Part shown: piece by piece, positions 38,241 to 53,320 of the stretch
How positions within the stretch are numbered: the stretch's first letter is position 1
Layout of the letters: each line of letters opens with the position of its first letter
NCBI GenBank assembly: GCA_964016885.1
Contig: OZ024746.1
Coordinates: 6,200,001-6,264,000, forward strand
DNA: 64,000 nt
Direction: 5' to 3'
From: Eledone cirrhosa
Lineage: Eukaryota
Position numbers and translations under genes: made by a program
Notes under the pieces: generated by a model
The model's input: only the letters and a program-made list of their open reading frames with translations
Databases searched by the model: none
What the model was told of the DNA's origin: nothing

Positions 38241-39671
38241 ATAATAATAAATTTGAAGACTAAAATCCAAAGAGGGCCCGATAAGGATAAATATATATCA
38301 AATATATAAGAACCGTAGAGCAAATATTTATTAAAATAACAGATTAAAGTTTAAGCAAAGAATCGCTGCTTTCACCCTCAACGGGATCTTCTGAAACTAA
38401 CAAAGTCAATCTGTAAACGCAGAAGTGGATATTTCAAAAAATGTTGCAACCGGAGGAACACAGGAAGATGATACTTTGGTTCGTGGAAACGTTCCCTGGC
38501 AAAGAACGGGAAAAAACAAATATAATACGTCATTAATAGGAGCAGTGAAAAACAATTACACGCAAAGGCAGAACCACGTTTATGGTATAAAAGAAGTCGT
38601 AGACTAATGTTCTCTTAGGTGGTTCATAGAGACGTTCTCTGGCAATGAACGGAAAAAACGAAGGTAATAAGTCATATGTGGATCGTGGAGAACAATTGCA
38701 CGCAAAGACAAAACCACGTAAATGGTATAGCTGAAGTCGTAGACTAAAATTCTAACTAGGAAACCGAATGAATCTCCGCTTCAGAGTTAAGAATAAAGTA
38801 AATAAAATAAAATACAGAGGTAATTGAAATTAAATAAATACATACACGCATCCAAATACGTACATACACAAGCATACGCGAAAACACTCGCCATAGGTAT
38901 ACAAAACCACGCACATATAAATATGTGTGTGTATGTGTGTGTGTGTGCGTCTATACAAATAAATAAATAATTAAATAAACGTATATAAATAAATAAGTAT
39001 ATAACAAACGCACACACATACCTACATGTAAATACACAAATGTTCGGAGACGTACCTCAACCAAAACATGAAGTACACATATACACATACCCAACATACG
39101 TACGAACCCGCATACTCCCACAGACGTAAAACACCCGTATACACATAGCCAAAAGTATATGTACCAGAATATATATAAAAATATACGCCATAACATATAC
39201 AATCAAATATACGTACGAGAAAGTATACGTACCTTCACAAAACATACAGGTAATATATACTTACCTATACAAATAAGTAATGGTATAAACATAACATATA
39301 CTTAGCTACCACATCAAGACGTAAAATATCCACGTATAGATCGTACTATCCGTTAGGGTATAACGTGACGCTGTAATACAGGAAAGGTTTGTGCAATTTA
39401 TGTTTACAAGCCGAAATTGCCTCAGATTTTTTGTTTAAGATGTGGTCTGTGGCGTAGAGTATTTCCAGGGCCTCAGCGGCGCAGAGGTCACATGGTCTTT
39501 TATTTCCGTTATACGATCTAGCCCTAGCTAGGATCTCCCAGTGTAACTTATATTGGGTGTAGTTGTCTTTTAGACTCCAGATGTAAGCTGAAAGTGACGT
39601 CATATTCCTTCTGAGAGGGTAACGAAAAGAATGGGTATGCATGTAAAGACGCTGCTTGAATCTATTGGCGG

Positions 39672-39672
<1 letters not shown>
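38238..39672 (-). mobile_element. 3' part of a Naiad-like PLE (GIY-YIG end plus 3' UTR with variant HHR)
   Basis: FKQRLYMHTHSF...TSLSAYIWSLKD...WEILARA..Y...CDLCAAE...LNKKSE...CKHK at 39380-39670; (TA)n flanks; short inverted copy at 39780-39812. Confidence 0.82.
38348..38398 (-). ncRNA. Hammerhead-like motif with CAGAAGA core and CUU site (family G)
   Basis: AGTTT-CAGAAGA-tCCC gttga GGGt-GAAAGCA gcgattctt TGCTT^AAACT; related copies at 38071 and 56234. Confidence 0.6.
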
Positions 39673-39762
<90 letters not shown>

Positions 39763-39821
39763 CCTCATCGAATCATCTTCGGATTTTAGTCTTCACATTT
39801 ATTATTACTATATATATATAT

Positions 39822-39957
39822 AGTTACGTCCCTTTACGATCTGAGTTCAAATCCCGCCGAGGTTGACTTTGCCTTTCATCCTTACGGGATCGATAAAATA
39901 AAGTACCAGTAATGCACTGGGTAATTGCTGGCCTTGTGCCTAAAGTAGAAACAATTA
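39822..39957 (+). mobile_element. SINE, 5'-truncated
   Basis: B box plus core plus tail. Confidence 0.8.
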
Positions 39958-40011
39958 TTACTATATACATGTGTATGTGTGTGTTTGTGTTTGAGTGTCT
40001 GTCTGTCTGTC

Positions 40012-40061
<50 letters not shown>

Positions 40062-41813
40062 CTCAGCCGGATGGCTGGAACAGGTAAAAGAGTAAACGAG
40101 TATATATATGGGGATGTATTTTTGTATGTCGGTAACTCAAACTTTTGCCTCAATACCTCATCAAATGAAATGGGCATCAAGGTAAAAACGGAGTCGTTTC
40201 TGTACAGACTCTCCTTTGTAACTCTAATCGTTATAAATAAGACTGGTCAGTACAAAGGACATATGGTTTAAATTCCTTCTATTTCCCTTTAAAACAGCCA
40301 CCAGCTTCGTGTAGAAAATAAACATTATCTTGACTATGGACTTTTAATAGTAGAGACAACTAATCATTCATATTTATATTTATTTGAAAAGAATTTAAAT
40401 GTCATAAATGAGAGGAAAAAGAGAGGCAAAGCAGGTCTACTAGATAAAGGATGAAAGAGATGGGAAAGAGGAGACAGTGATAGATTCTACACCTAGGACA
40501 GATTAAAGTTCGAGGACAAAATGCCTAAGGTATTTCCGTGGACAATGGCCAGGAAGACACGCTGTAACAGTCACTCTCAACTGGTGGGCCTCTTCCTCAG
40601 ACCGGCTGCTCACGTTTCGATTTTAATGTTTCCTTATTCAATAATTTTAGGTATTTCTTTCTTTTTGTAAATTTATTTTCACTGTTATTGGTACATTTGA
40701 AAGCTCTTTCAATATCTGTTTTCTTCCTTCAATGCCTTAGTGTCCCACTGTCTCAAGTCCAAAATATGATACCATTTGTGTCCTAAATTACAATAACAAA
40801 GCTTTCGTTATTTGTTTGTTTGTTTTTGTTAGAAACCAGCTCCTTTTTTACCAGAAGAATTCCAACAGTTAGATAATAATCACATACACATACGCAGACA
40901 CACACAGACACACATACAGACACACACATACAGATACACACATATATATACGTATACATATTTAATACGGGACACTAAATAAATCTGTAATGTTTTTAGA
41001 AATTTTACATTAAACACCCTATATAATTTTTTACATTATATTTGTTGACAAAACAATTTTGTCTCAATTGTTGTTGAAACGAGTTCTTTTTAAAAATATA
41101 CTAAGGGCAAAATATTTCTTTAAAAGGTTTTCTGAATGATTTTTACAAGAATCCATTTGGTTTGCTTTTCAGTTTGTGCTTAAAGCAATGCTACATCACA
41201 ACAAGAATACATTGCCTGTAATGTGGTTTGTGATTATATTTTTACTATAAAATACGACACCAGACATTTAATTATGAAATAACTTTAGTGGAGTATCTGA
41301 GACTGCTTCTAAATTACAAACTAGAACATTTGACAAGTTTCTCATATATTATTTAACGCACGCTAAGGGGTGTAACGCGTAGTTTGTAGTATTGACGCGT
41401 CGTTTGTAGTATTGACGACAGTATGTTGACGTCTCATCGCTGCCATGACTACAAACGTTATGTTCCAATTCAAGAAAGCGTTTAAATGTAAGTTTGAAAG
41501 CAGAGACAGCGGAAAGTAGTTACAGCTAGATCCTGTCAACTAAATCTCCATACGGTTTAAATACATAGCGAGACTCCAATTTCCGAATGACTAAATGTCA
41601 GTAGAAGGCCACCCATGCATTATGACCTGCGACCCGGCCCCCTTACAGTGTAAGAAAATGTGTGTTTGTGTGTGGTTGAGCGTGTTTGTTTGTGTATTGA
41701 TAGGTTTCGGCAAGTATTTGGCCCAGGCCATGTCTAACTTAATAGCACCACCTAGCGAAGTCTTTCAAATCAGGATTTGGACACCATGGCCCACTTAAGT
41801 AGAGAGTTATTGT

Positions 41814-42040
41814 TTACTGAGACATATCCGGGTGTAGGAGGTTTATCCGGGATTTCTTGAAAGAATTTGTCCAAAGACTTCTTGAATTTATGGGGTCTGT
41901 TTCTGTTTTAATGTGTTTTGGTGTAATGTTAAAGAGAGCGGGGCCAATTGAGGTGAAATAATTGTGCCGTATTGTTGCTATGAGATGCGAGTTTGATTGT
42001 TTTTTGTGGGTGGATAGCACCGCACCCAAGACTTGGGTGT
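41814..42040 (-). pseudogene. CR1/L2-group LINE 3'-end fragment
   Basis: NYFTSIGPALFNITP, then in a shifted frame FKKSLDKFFQEIPDKPPTPGY, typical of LINE ORF2 C-termini. Confidence 0.6.
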
Positions 42041-42079
42041 TCTTGGCTTAAGTCATGTATATATAAAATATTTGTATCT

Positions 42080-42400
42080 AATTGACTCTGATGAGCGATT
42101 ATTCCTGGGATGAACCTTCATTTATGTTAGTCTAGCGAAATGTTCGTAATTCCATTAAATCAGTCGATTTAGAAAGGCCCTAAAAAAACTTATTTAAATA
42201 TTAAAAGGGTGGAAAAACTAGGTACTACCATAAAATCCCCTTATCAGTAAATCTTATCCCTTTAAGAAAGCCCGCTGTACAAATAATAAATGTGTAATAT
42301 GTTGAGTAAGTCCACAAATAATTTGTAAAACTAGAAACATTGTCTATATGATAAGATGCACAGAGTGTGCCTACAGAAACATGACAACGGTATACAACAG
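42080..42400 (+). pseudogene. Decayed PLE relic (degenerate HHR plus GIY-YIG start)
   Basis: CTGATGA (42088)...GAAATGTTCGTA without a good stem I; CKTRNIVYMIRCTEC at ~42324-42368. Confidence 0.55.
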
Positions 42401-42401
42401 A

Positions 42402-42547
42402 GAGTCCAAATCCTGCCGAGGTTAGCTTTACATTTCATCCTTATGGTGTCGATAAAATAAAGTACCAGTAACGCACTGGGGTTGATTTAATCGACTTTCC
42501 CCTTCCCTTCAAATTTCCGGTCTTATGCCAAATGTAGAAACAAGTAT
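42402..42547 (+). mobile_element. SINE
   Basis: Core GTCGATAAAATAAAGTACC. Confidence 0.75.
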
Positions 42548-43269
42548 TTAATTAAGGAAACCAGCTGTTTAAGTTGTAACATTCGTAATGAAGGATTTTC
42601 AAACAGAAGAAGGATCTTCATTGAATTTCGATATTTTAATGGATAATCATAATAGATAAGATAATAAGGATTTCATGCAATGCATTACCAAGAAAATAGC
42701 ATCATTAAACCTAAGTTTCTATTTTAGAAAACACTGAGAAATAGGATACAAAGACTGGTTTCTTAAGGAATAATGAAATAAGATGATTAATATAACTACA
42801 CGCTCTGCCTACTCTAACGTATACCATCATTATTTTCTCAGCTAATTAACATTTCATGTAGAATGTCTGTATACACAATATTTACATCTAGATAATATTA
42901 CTGTTGGTTTGAACCTCATTAGTTGATAGGAGTTTCATTTCTGAATATATATACATTATTTCCGACTATATTTTAGCGTACACATTAAGAAATATAACAC
43001 AAAACTAACTCCAGATCTATATATTGTATATATCTTTTGAATTGACAAGGCTTGTAATCTAAAGAGTTATTAACAACAGCTCTTCAAATATATTCTAACA
43101 TTTAATCATACTAACAGATCTTGTTCCTCCGATTTACCAAATGCTATATAACATAAGTACACTACTAGTACTGAACATTATCAAAATTAAACAGACAGAC
43201 GAAGCTATTTACACCAATATATATAGGAATATTTTACTTCGGTCAGCTTAGCGTTTTATCTTTTCGGAC

Positions 43270-43822
43270 TCGTGGATTGGTGGAATTGTTAGTACAAGGT
43301 AAAATGACTGGCGTGCCTTTCATCCATGCGGAGTCGATAAAATAAAGTACCGGTAACGCACTGGGGTCGATTTAATCTACTGTCGCCTCCCCTAAAATTG
43401 TTGGCCTTGTGCCTAAATAAGAAACCATTTGGTAGAGAGTCGGAAGCCATGCTTTCCAGCATAGTTCTGTCTCTTTACGATCTGAGTTCAAATCCCGCCG
43501 AGGTTAACTTTGCCTTTCATCCTTACGGGGTCGATAAAATAAAGTACCAGTAATGTACTGGGTAATTTCTTAGTATTTTGCCAAATGTAGAAACAATTAT
43601 TTGTTCCTATAAGGGCACTGGATTGGCAGTATCGGTTAGGCGTCGGACACCAGGCTTTGTGGCATAGTTACAGCATTTGGCGTTCTGAGTTCAAATCCCG
43701 TCGAGGTTAACTTTCCTTACGGGATCGGTAAATAAAGCACCAGTAATGTACTGAGGTCGATTTAATCGACTTCCCCATCCTCCCAAAATTGTTGGCCTTG
43801 TGCCTAAATCAGAAACCATTAT
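43270..43822 (+). mobile_element. Three tandem SINE copies
   Basis: Core repeated at ~43330, ~43525 and ~43720. Confidence 0.8.
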
Positions 43823-44402
43823 ATGCTCCTAGTCCTGAGTTTAAACCCCGCAGCAACCTCCTTGGAGAGTAGACTTAGTCCATCGCTCGGTTAAAGAACA
43901 CTATTTGGTCGTCGAGTGCTTTTAGCGGAATCCGTTCTGTAGCAAGGAATCGGATCAGGTCTTTAGTTTAATAATAACTTCCTACCTTCCTCTCATCATT
44001 ATCAGAGGCCCTTTCCTTTGAATAAAGCACTAAAAAAACACCCATAAAAACTAACGTTGTAAAGTTATATTAATTAATAACTCCAAAATTCACTTTTCAC
44101 CTATATATAATTCCTAGAACAAATTAAATCCGACCAGATTCCCCATTTGAAAGTTATTTCCTACATACCTCATATCATGTAATAGTTATTGTGTGTGTGT
44201 GTGACAACTCACACCTATGCAGGTTTAGCTGGCCTCCTCCAAGGTATATCTTGCTGGAGGTGTCTTGGGTAATTTAGTGATAGGGACCCCAGTCCTATCA
44301 TCTCATTTCTACAGCTGTGTAAACTGGAGCAACGTGAAATAAAGTGTCTTGCTTAAGGAAATAACACATCACCCGGTCCGAGACTTGAACCCACAACCTT
44401 TC

Positions 44403-44582
44403 GAAGAAGAAGAAGAAGAAGAAGAAGAAGAAGAAGAAGAAGAAGAAGAAGAAGAAGAAGAAGAAGAAGAAGAAGAAGAAGAAGAAGAAGAAGAAGAAGA
44501 AGAAGAAGAAGAAGAAGACCACCAACAACAACAACAACAGCAACAAAAACAACATCAACGGCAGCAACAATAACAACAACAA
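44403..44582. repeat. (GAA)n followed by (CAA)n microsatellite
   Basis: Direct reading. Confidence 0.95.
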
Positions 44583-44868
44583 GCTGGATGAGATATTTTG
44601 TTAAGAAATATGTTTGCGTACTACAGATCTCGAGGTAGTTTTTCTGATTCAAAATCTTATTGATGCCGTCAGCTCACTCATGTTACCAATACTCTTGAAA
44701 AAGACCTGATTATCTACACTTTCTATTGTAATACTCCAGAAATCAGACAAACACTTTTACTGTAGTTATAAGAAACTAAGAATTATATAAGGAGTATTAC
44801 ATTTAATTAACAGTACACTTGAAAAATAAAAACAGACAACAATACACTATTGTATTATATGATATTAA

Positions 44869-45088
44869 GAGGGCGGTGTAGTGATAGTAACGGTAGAGTC
44901 TCGGACAACATTCTTTGTGGCATGGAGTTAGTCTCTTTTTGTTCTGAGTTCAAATCCCGCCCGAGGTTAACTTTGCCTTTCATCCTTACCGGGTCGATAA
45001 AATATAGTACCAGTAACGTTTGCAGTCGATTTAATCGACTTTTCCTTCCTCCCAAATTGCTGGCCTTTTGCCTGAACCAGAAATCAAT
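44869..45088 (+). mobile_element. SINE
   Basis: B box plus core. Confidence 0.78.
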
Positions 45089-46446
45089 ATTACAAGGCAG
45101 AGTCGTTAGAACGTTGTAGAGAATGTGTTCCACTGTTCCATTATCTGTGCTCATAGACTGAATGTTGTCGTGATTAAATCTACCCCAGTAACGTACTGGC
45201 AGAGATTTAATCGATCTCTCCCTTTCCCTTCAAATTGCTGACCTTGTGCCTACATCAGAAATATATGACATTATCAATCTTCTCGTTGTGTATATTGTAA
45301 ATATTTCTTACTTAGATTCAAAGAAGGTGACATCTTTTTAGAATTCTATCCCAATAGCAGGAATTCTATCCCATTATGACATATTCCAAGTTAAAGTTTT
45401 ATCCGTCACTGACTTTTTTATTTGGAAGCGATAACGAAAGTTTGTGATCATGTTCTTAGATATCAGAAAATACTTTTGAAATAATATTTTTGAAAGGAGA
45501 GTATGATAATGTAATGCCCATCCTTTCTTATAACATTATCTCTGGTACCACCCACACAATATACAATGTGTATGATTTGTCTTTATGACATGTAATTTGA
45601 TATGAGTAGGCGTGAAAAAGCAACCTAACATATTATATAAATATATAATTATATATTATAAGTCATATAACTGAGAGAACCAATTGCTTCACTGGTCGCA
45701 GAGCATCATACCGTTCACGTGTGTAACGAGTAGCAGACTTTCTCACTCTTATAAACTTTCTATAACTTTCAAATATTCATATACAATCTTCTTCATTTAC
45801 GCATTCTTGTAACAGACCAATTCCAACATGTTTATTTTCACCTGTATACTTATTACAGCGATTCAATTAAAATCAAAACGTTTTATCTAAAAAAAAAAAA
45901 CTAAAAAATACAATTAAAGAAAGTGGCATTCAATTTCTGGGGATGGGCATGCCTTTAAATATAGGCAGGCGGGTGTTTGTTGAGAAGTTTGAAAAAGAAA
46001 AAAAACTTTAATTAAAACCCATATTAAATATATCTCTACCTAGAAATGATTTGAATGGAAAAAAAAATAAAAAGAAAAAAGAAAACAGAAAATTACAGAA
46101 ATAGAAAATAATATTAATAGTTTGTAGGTGAAGCAAACGAAGAAATAAATAGCTTTAACATTTCATCGCGAAACGAATATGCTTCACAATATCGTCAATG
46201 AGATGTGATAGTGGTCGGAAGAGAGAGAAAATATCAGCGGTAGCTGTTGCAGGGAATCGATAGAACTACCAATCTCCAAATCAACATGTAAGAAGTAACG
46301 GCTTTCTTACATCAGATCGCTCACTTTGGAATAACAATATCACAATTCTAGCGGTGAGTTTCAATGTTCATTTATTGTAACATTTCTAATTGTTGACAGA
46401 GGGGGAAAAAAACATTGTCAAGTACACAAACAGACACACACACATA

Positions 46447-46479
<33 letters not shown>

Positions 46480-46759
46480 CAATGCTTGTATTTGCTACAC
46501 TACTATATATATCCATAGTTTCTATTGTACGTATATATATGTATGTGTGTATTTATGAATATATATATATATTAATAGTTTCTACGTGTATATATACATA
46601 TTGAATTGAATGTTTTTTTGTTTATTTGGTGTTAAAAATTACTAAACGGGAATATGACTTTTAATAGTTATTGCATGTTTAAAAAGTCGATATTCTAATA
46701 TTTTGTAATAGTTTTTGTAACTTAAAATATTTCTTGCATAAACATGCATATATATCAAT

Positions 46760-46853
46760 CTATATATCTCTCTCACCTGTCAACGTCTCTCTCTCTCTCT
46801 CTCTCTCTCACTCTACCTGTCAACGTATCTTTCTTTCCCTCTTTCTCTCTTTC

Positions 46854-46916
<63 letters not shown>

Positions 46917-47009
46917 ATATATTTATATATATATATATATATATATCTTTCTTTCTCTCTATCTATCTATCTATCTATCTATCTCTTTCTTTCTCTCTCT
47001 ATCTACCTA

Positions 47010-47050
<41 letters not shown>

Positions 47051-47402
47051 ATCTATCTATATATCTCTTTCTCTCTCCTTCGCTCTCTCTCTCTCTTTCT
47101 CTCTCTCTCTAACTCTCACACACACTATCTCGCTATGCATATCTCTCTCTGTATCTTTCTCTATATCTATTTGTCTATCTACCTACCGACCTACCAACCT
47201 ACCTACCTACCTACCTACCTACCTGCCTTCCTACCTACCAACCTACCTACCTACCTACCTACCTACCTACCTACCTACCAACCTACCTACCAACCAACCT
47301 ACCTACCAACCTACCTACCTACCAACCTACCTACCTACCTATCTACCTACCAACCTACCTACCTACCTATCTACCTACCTACCTACCTACCTACCTATCT
47401 AA
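46760..47402. repeat. Compound (CT)n/(TA)n/(CTAT)n/(CCTA)n microsatellite
   Basis: Direct reading. Confidence 0.95.
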
Positions 47403-47526
47403 CCGCTCTCACTTTATATATATTATGTATGTAGAACCCGAGTTAAATGGGAGGGGGCGGGGGTAGCCACAGTTAAAAATTGTACTCAATGCTTTAGTAG
47501 AGTGTAAGCATCGTTATTTAATAAAT

Positions 47527-47576
47527 GGCTTCTACAGGACTAAAACTGTTTCATTCGCATTGAATCATCAGGCATG
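47527..47576 (-). ncRNA. Hammerhead motif (family D relative), 5' strand of stem I lost at the junction
   Basis: CTGATGA-TTC aatgc GAA t-GAAACAG ttttagtc CTGTA^GAAGCC; decayed relative at 49002-49048. Confidence 0.6.
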
Positions 47577-48372
<796 letters not shown>

Positions 48373-48660
48373 TGCAGTGTGTAGCTGCTCTGTCAGATGT
48401 ATATATACCTAACCACGTTTTTATAGTTCTATAAAATTGTGAACACATACATATATGATATAAGCACATGCATATAACATGTAAAAACACGCATACACAC
48501 ATATATGTGTTCAAATATACAGGTGTTCGCTCCAGCATACATAAAAGTATGTGTATTTTGTACATCTAATATATATATATATATATATATATATTAGTAA
48601 AAAAGCAGGAGGTTATATACAAAGTTGATAGAGCCTGTGTCCAATGGACGAATTCAAGAA

Positions 48661-48726
<66 letters not shown>

Positions 48727-48738
48727 ATATACATACAT

Positions 48739-48771
<33 letters not shown>

Positions 48772-48900
48772 CTCCATCAATGAATATTTATAAATATGTT
48801 TAATATCCAGAGTATTTAACTTGTAGTATTTACCCCTACACTCGTGTACACATACATGTATGAAGAAATAGTCACACACACAGATATCGACACGCAAACA

Positions 48901-48985
<85 letters not shown>

Positions 48986-49146
48986 TGTTCAATATAGAAA
49001 TGACTTCTACGGGAGTAGAGCTGTTTCATTCAAAAGAAATCATAGTTCATTTATATTAAAGTTAAAAAGTCTTGTTACTCTGGAGTTTCGCCTGTCTATA
49101 ACTTCTGAGCCTTAATATGAGTACTCCTTCTATATACATACATACA

Positions 49147-49755
49147 TGGTGGCTGCCAACTCGTTTTCGAGTACGGCCACTACTTTATATCCATGTAGGA
49201 GAACCCCTACCGATGCGCTGAACAAGTGTGACTTTTTAGTCCAGCCAGCGACTTGAAAACTCTGGTACAAACACTACACTTGTGACAATTATTGACACAC
49301 AGTGCTGGGCCCATGGTACCATGTGACGACAAGTGCAGAGAGATCTCCAGATATAAAGCAATGCCTGTGCCGTGAAGCTTTTATAGTGAGCAAAGGCACT
49401 GCACAAAGCCAGTCCCACTCTCTTAACCAAGATGATATTTACCAAAAAGAAGAACAAGTCAACATCATTGGATACCATCAGGATTGCAGGTGTTATATCA
49501 GAGTTTTCCTTCTCCTAGAATTCTGCCTTGACAAAGGCTAAGGGGTCATCTCTCCCGGTGATTTTGGATGGCCATTGACTCTTAAGAGCTCCTTTGCCCT
49601 TTGACAGGTTTTGTTTTTAGTCCTGCAGGATGTCCAAAGTCACCCTCCTCACCAAGAAACCTTGGTGGGATTGCCAGTTTAGTCGCCAACGACCCGACTA
49701 TGGGACAGGTTGTACTGGGATACATATTACCAGTAGCACCAACTGGTGACCTGAC
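49147..49755 (-). mobile_element. ~610-bp non-autonomous retroposon, copy 5
   Basis: Matches 5662-6270; (TACA)n flanks. Confidence 0.85.
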
Positions 49756-50168
49756 ATAGATACATACATACATACATACATACATACATACATACATACA
49801 TACATACATACATGTATAAATGCAAATGTCTGTATGCCTATATAATATTACATACATATATACAGTGTTAGCTATAGTCGTACATGTGTTGACGAAGTGT
49901 GATCAGTAACGTGAAACGAAGAGTGCTCCAGTCACTTGATGTAAAATTAACCTGCCATTAGCAAAGAATATCAGAGTCGTGTGTAAACTTAGCATAAATC
50001 TTGCAGGTCCAGTGAAACGCATTGCATGATATATTACATTTTAACACATATGCAGATTAACGGATGTATATAGATACACACAAACACATACACGCATGCA
50101 AACGCATATATATTTTTTTTTTTTTTTTTTCCGGTTATGTCAATATTTATTTATAAAACAAATCTGTA

Positions 50169-50230
50169 TTTTATCTGATGAAAGCGCATCATAATTTGCC
50201 TTGGTTGCCCTTGAAATATATATAATCAAA
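50169..50230 (+). ncRNA. Type I hammerhead ribozyme (family C), second copy
   Basis: TTTTAT-CTGATGA-AAG..CTT-GAAATATATATA^ATCAAA. Confidence 0.68.
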
Positions 50231-50270
50231 TAAATATGGTTTTATAAATATAGTTTCCATTTATTAATAT

Positions 50271-50323
<53 letters not shown>

Positions 50324-50783
50324 GTTGTTAGCTTAACCAGATCATCGGTTAACCATCATCCGATGATCTGGTTAAGCTAACAACGTATTTAAAATTGAGT
50401 GGCACAGCTTCAAGTGTTCAGCAATTTTTAGACAACTTAATCAGTGAATTAATTGTTAGATTGTAAATAAAACCCTTTTTTGTACTGTTGACCATGTTAT
50501 TCTTCACACTTTCAATATTATTACTCCAAGATAAACTTACATAGGAATACAAGAGAACTCATAAACTTGCCACCTACGTAAACCCCTTGTTGAGTCAAAC
50601 AACACCGTACGCTAAAACTATCCATAATGAGAAGTATTCACAACCTCTAACTAGATTACCTATAACGATATTTTGTTATCCCTTATATATATATATGTGT
50701 GTGTAAAAGGTAAACAGAAATAACAACACAATCGGTACAGGAAGGGATATATTAGGTTAACGCTTGTTATAGCAGGAAGGGGG

Positions 50784-50819
50784 TATTAACGTTTCGGACG
50801 CTAGTCCTTCATCAGAAGA
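50784..50819 (-). ncRNA. Minimal hammerhead with loop-less stem III (family H)
   Basis: TCTT-CTGATGA-a-GGAC tagc GTCC-GAAACGTT^AATA. Confidence 0.7.
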
Positions 50820-51319
50820 AAGAATGAGAAATAAGATAGATTGAGGGTACGGGAGGGGTGGAATTGGAAAAAATGTATATATATACGTGTGTGGGGGGGG
50901 GGTATACGTTGGGAGGGTCATGCTGCCAATGTTGTTAATGTTTTCATCAGACAACAGGACATATATATATACATATAAATGTAATTTCGATTTCCGGCTC
51001 ATTGTGTCATTGAACAAGAAACTCTAATTAGACGTTGTTCCAGTTCACTCAACTGGCAAAAAATGTCTTTGTACCAGTAATTCACGGTGTCAGCTTTGTC
51101 ACAGTGTTACAGTGACTCACCCCGAGTACCAGTAATTCACGGTGTCAGCCCTGTCACACGGTCTTACAGTGACTCCCCCCCCCCCCCTCGAGCTATCTTA
51201 ACGGAACACATGTCTGTGGAATGCTCAGACACCTACTTGTAAATTCCACAAGCAGGATGTTGGTCCGTTGTCCCAGTACATTGGAAAATTGGTCATTGAA
51301 AGTTACAAAGGTGTAACAT

Positions 51320-51389
<70 letters not shown>

Positions 51390-51392
<3 letters not shown>

Positions 51393-51595
51393 TTTATCCC
51401 GGGTTCAATCGGGGGTAACCACAGTAAGTAAGGTACTCAATACAAAGCAGAGTATAAATATTTAATATAGAAAATCTTCAACAGGACTAGAACTGTTTCA
51501 TTCGGGAGAAATCATCGGAGCTTCCTGATGATTTCTCCCGAATGAAACAGTTCTAGTCCTGTAGTCCTGTAGAAGCTTTTCTATATTAAATATAT
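51390..51595. mobile_element. Fold-back double-hammerhead element (family D), second copy
   Basis: GCTTC-CTGATGA (51525)-tTTC tccc GAAt-GAAACAG...CTGTA^GAAGC plus inverted arm. Confidence 0.72.
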
Positions 51596-51904
51596 ATATA
51601 TATATATATTCAAACGCTCATACATACATACACACACACATACATATACACACACACGCGCGTATATACTTACATATTGTCACGTCTAAAATGAGGTCAA
51701 CTGTGTCCTTATATGAAAACACTTCCCGATATAGTTGACGACTATTTACGCATACAAATACACACATACGCACACATACGTCCACACATACACACATACG
51801 TCCACACATACACACATACACACACATACGTACACACATACGCACACATACGTACACACATACGTCCACACATTGGTATATGTATGTATTTATGTGTATG
51901 TATA

Positions 51905-51949
<45 letters not shown>

Positions 51950-51987
51950 ATTCTTTGCTTAAACTTTAATCTGTTATTTTAATCAAT

Positions 51988-52043
<56 letters not shown>

Positions 52044-52052
52044 ATATATAAA

Positions 52053-52108
<56 letters not shown>

Positions 52109-52350
52109 TATATATATGTGTGTATGTGTGTGTGTATATATAACGAAGGAAGTGTGGTAAGGAACCAGGTGGACCATAACACACCAAAGTACTCAATACT
52201 TAGGGTTGTAGAGTGGGTAAGCAAAGGTAAAACTATAAAAACGGTAATAGATGTTGTTTTTAAATGATAGAAATTGTTTTTTTCCATCGATATACTTGTT
52301 TATATATGTGAGTGTGTATATATAAAGATATTTAAATGTACGTATCTATA

Positions 52351-52411
<61 letters not shown>

Positions 52412-52453
52412 GTATATGAGCCCGCGGAATGTAGGTCACTACAATGCTGCTAA

Positions 52454-52539
<86 letters not shown>

Positions 52540-52540
<1 letters not shown>

Positions 52541-52890
52541 TACATTTATATATTTCGTTTCTGAATTTGTTTAGCAAGATTCTTTATCTGAAATCGTGTG
52601 TTGAAACCGATATTGTTATACACACAAACAAAATGGCGTAGGATAGAAGAAAGGAAAGGCACAGAAACGAAGAAAGAAATCCCCAGTCACTGAAGAGGTC
52701 ACAGAGTGTGTGACGAAAGAACTATGACTATATATATATAAACAACTATCTGGTTGTGGAACCAACCAACCAACCAGAAATTTATAAATTTGTAAATTTA
52801 TAAATATATATTAAATTAAATTAAAGTGAAAGCAACTGGTGCGTGTGTTTCTTATTGGCAACATGACCCTCCCAAAGTATAACAATACAT
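52540..52890 (+). mobile_element. PLE pseudo-LTR fragment with HHR family E (52684-52730)
   Basis: Matches 32480-32750 and 31690-31765. Confidence 0.78.
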
Positions 52891-53077
52891 TTATATATTT
52901 ATATATTTATTTATATACATTCACAGGCCAAGTGTATAAATAAATAACAATTATACACGTGTATTGATTTTATGGACACCATAGCGGAGATTTATGTGTT
53001 CGATGTGGTTTTGTTTTCCACGTGTGGGATATCAAGCATAATAGATACGAATCTGATGGGTTTGCTGTTGGGTGTGT

Positions 53078-53320
53078 GGTTAGGGTTAGTGTTAGTTTTA
53101 GTTTTAGGTTTAGGTTTAGTGTTAGTGTTAGTGTTAGGGTTAGTGTTAGGGTTTGTGTTAGGGTTGGAGTTAACGTTGTGGCTAGGTTTGGTATTAGTGT
53201 TAGGTTTAGATTTAGTGTTAACGTTAGGGTTAGTTTTAGTGTTAGTATTAGTGTTAGTGTTAGTGTTAGGGTTGGTGTTAGTGTTAGTGTTAGTGTTAGT
53301 GTTAGGGTTGGTGTTAGTGT
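53078..53320 (+). repeat. Degenerate (TTAGGG/TTAGTG)n telomere-like repeat
   Basis: Hexamer periodicity GTTAGK. Confidence 0.8.

Noticed and set aside
44349-44573. Poly-E/poly-Q ORF
   Set aside because: (GAA)n/(CAA)n microsatellite next to a SINE remnant
46200-46360. Possible 5' exon ending in a GTGAGT donor
   Set aside because: Donor motif alone is insufficient without transcript evidence
50321-50388. Perfect short palindrome with CCGATGA
   Set aside because: No downstream GAAA/NUH; probably just a PLE-type inversion junction
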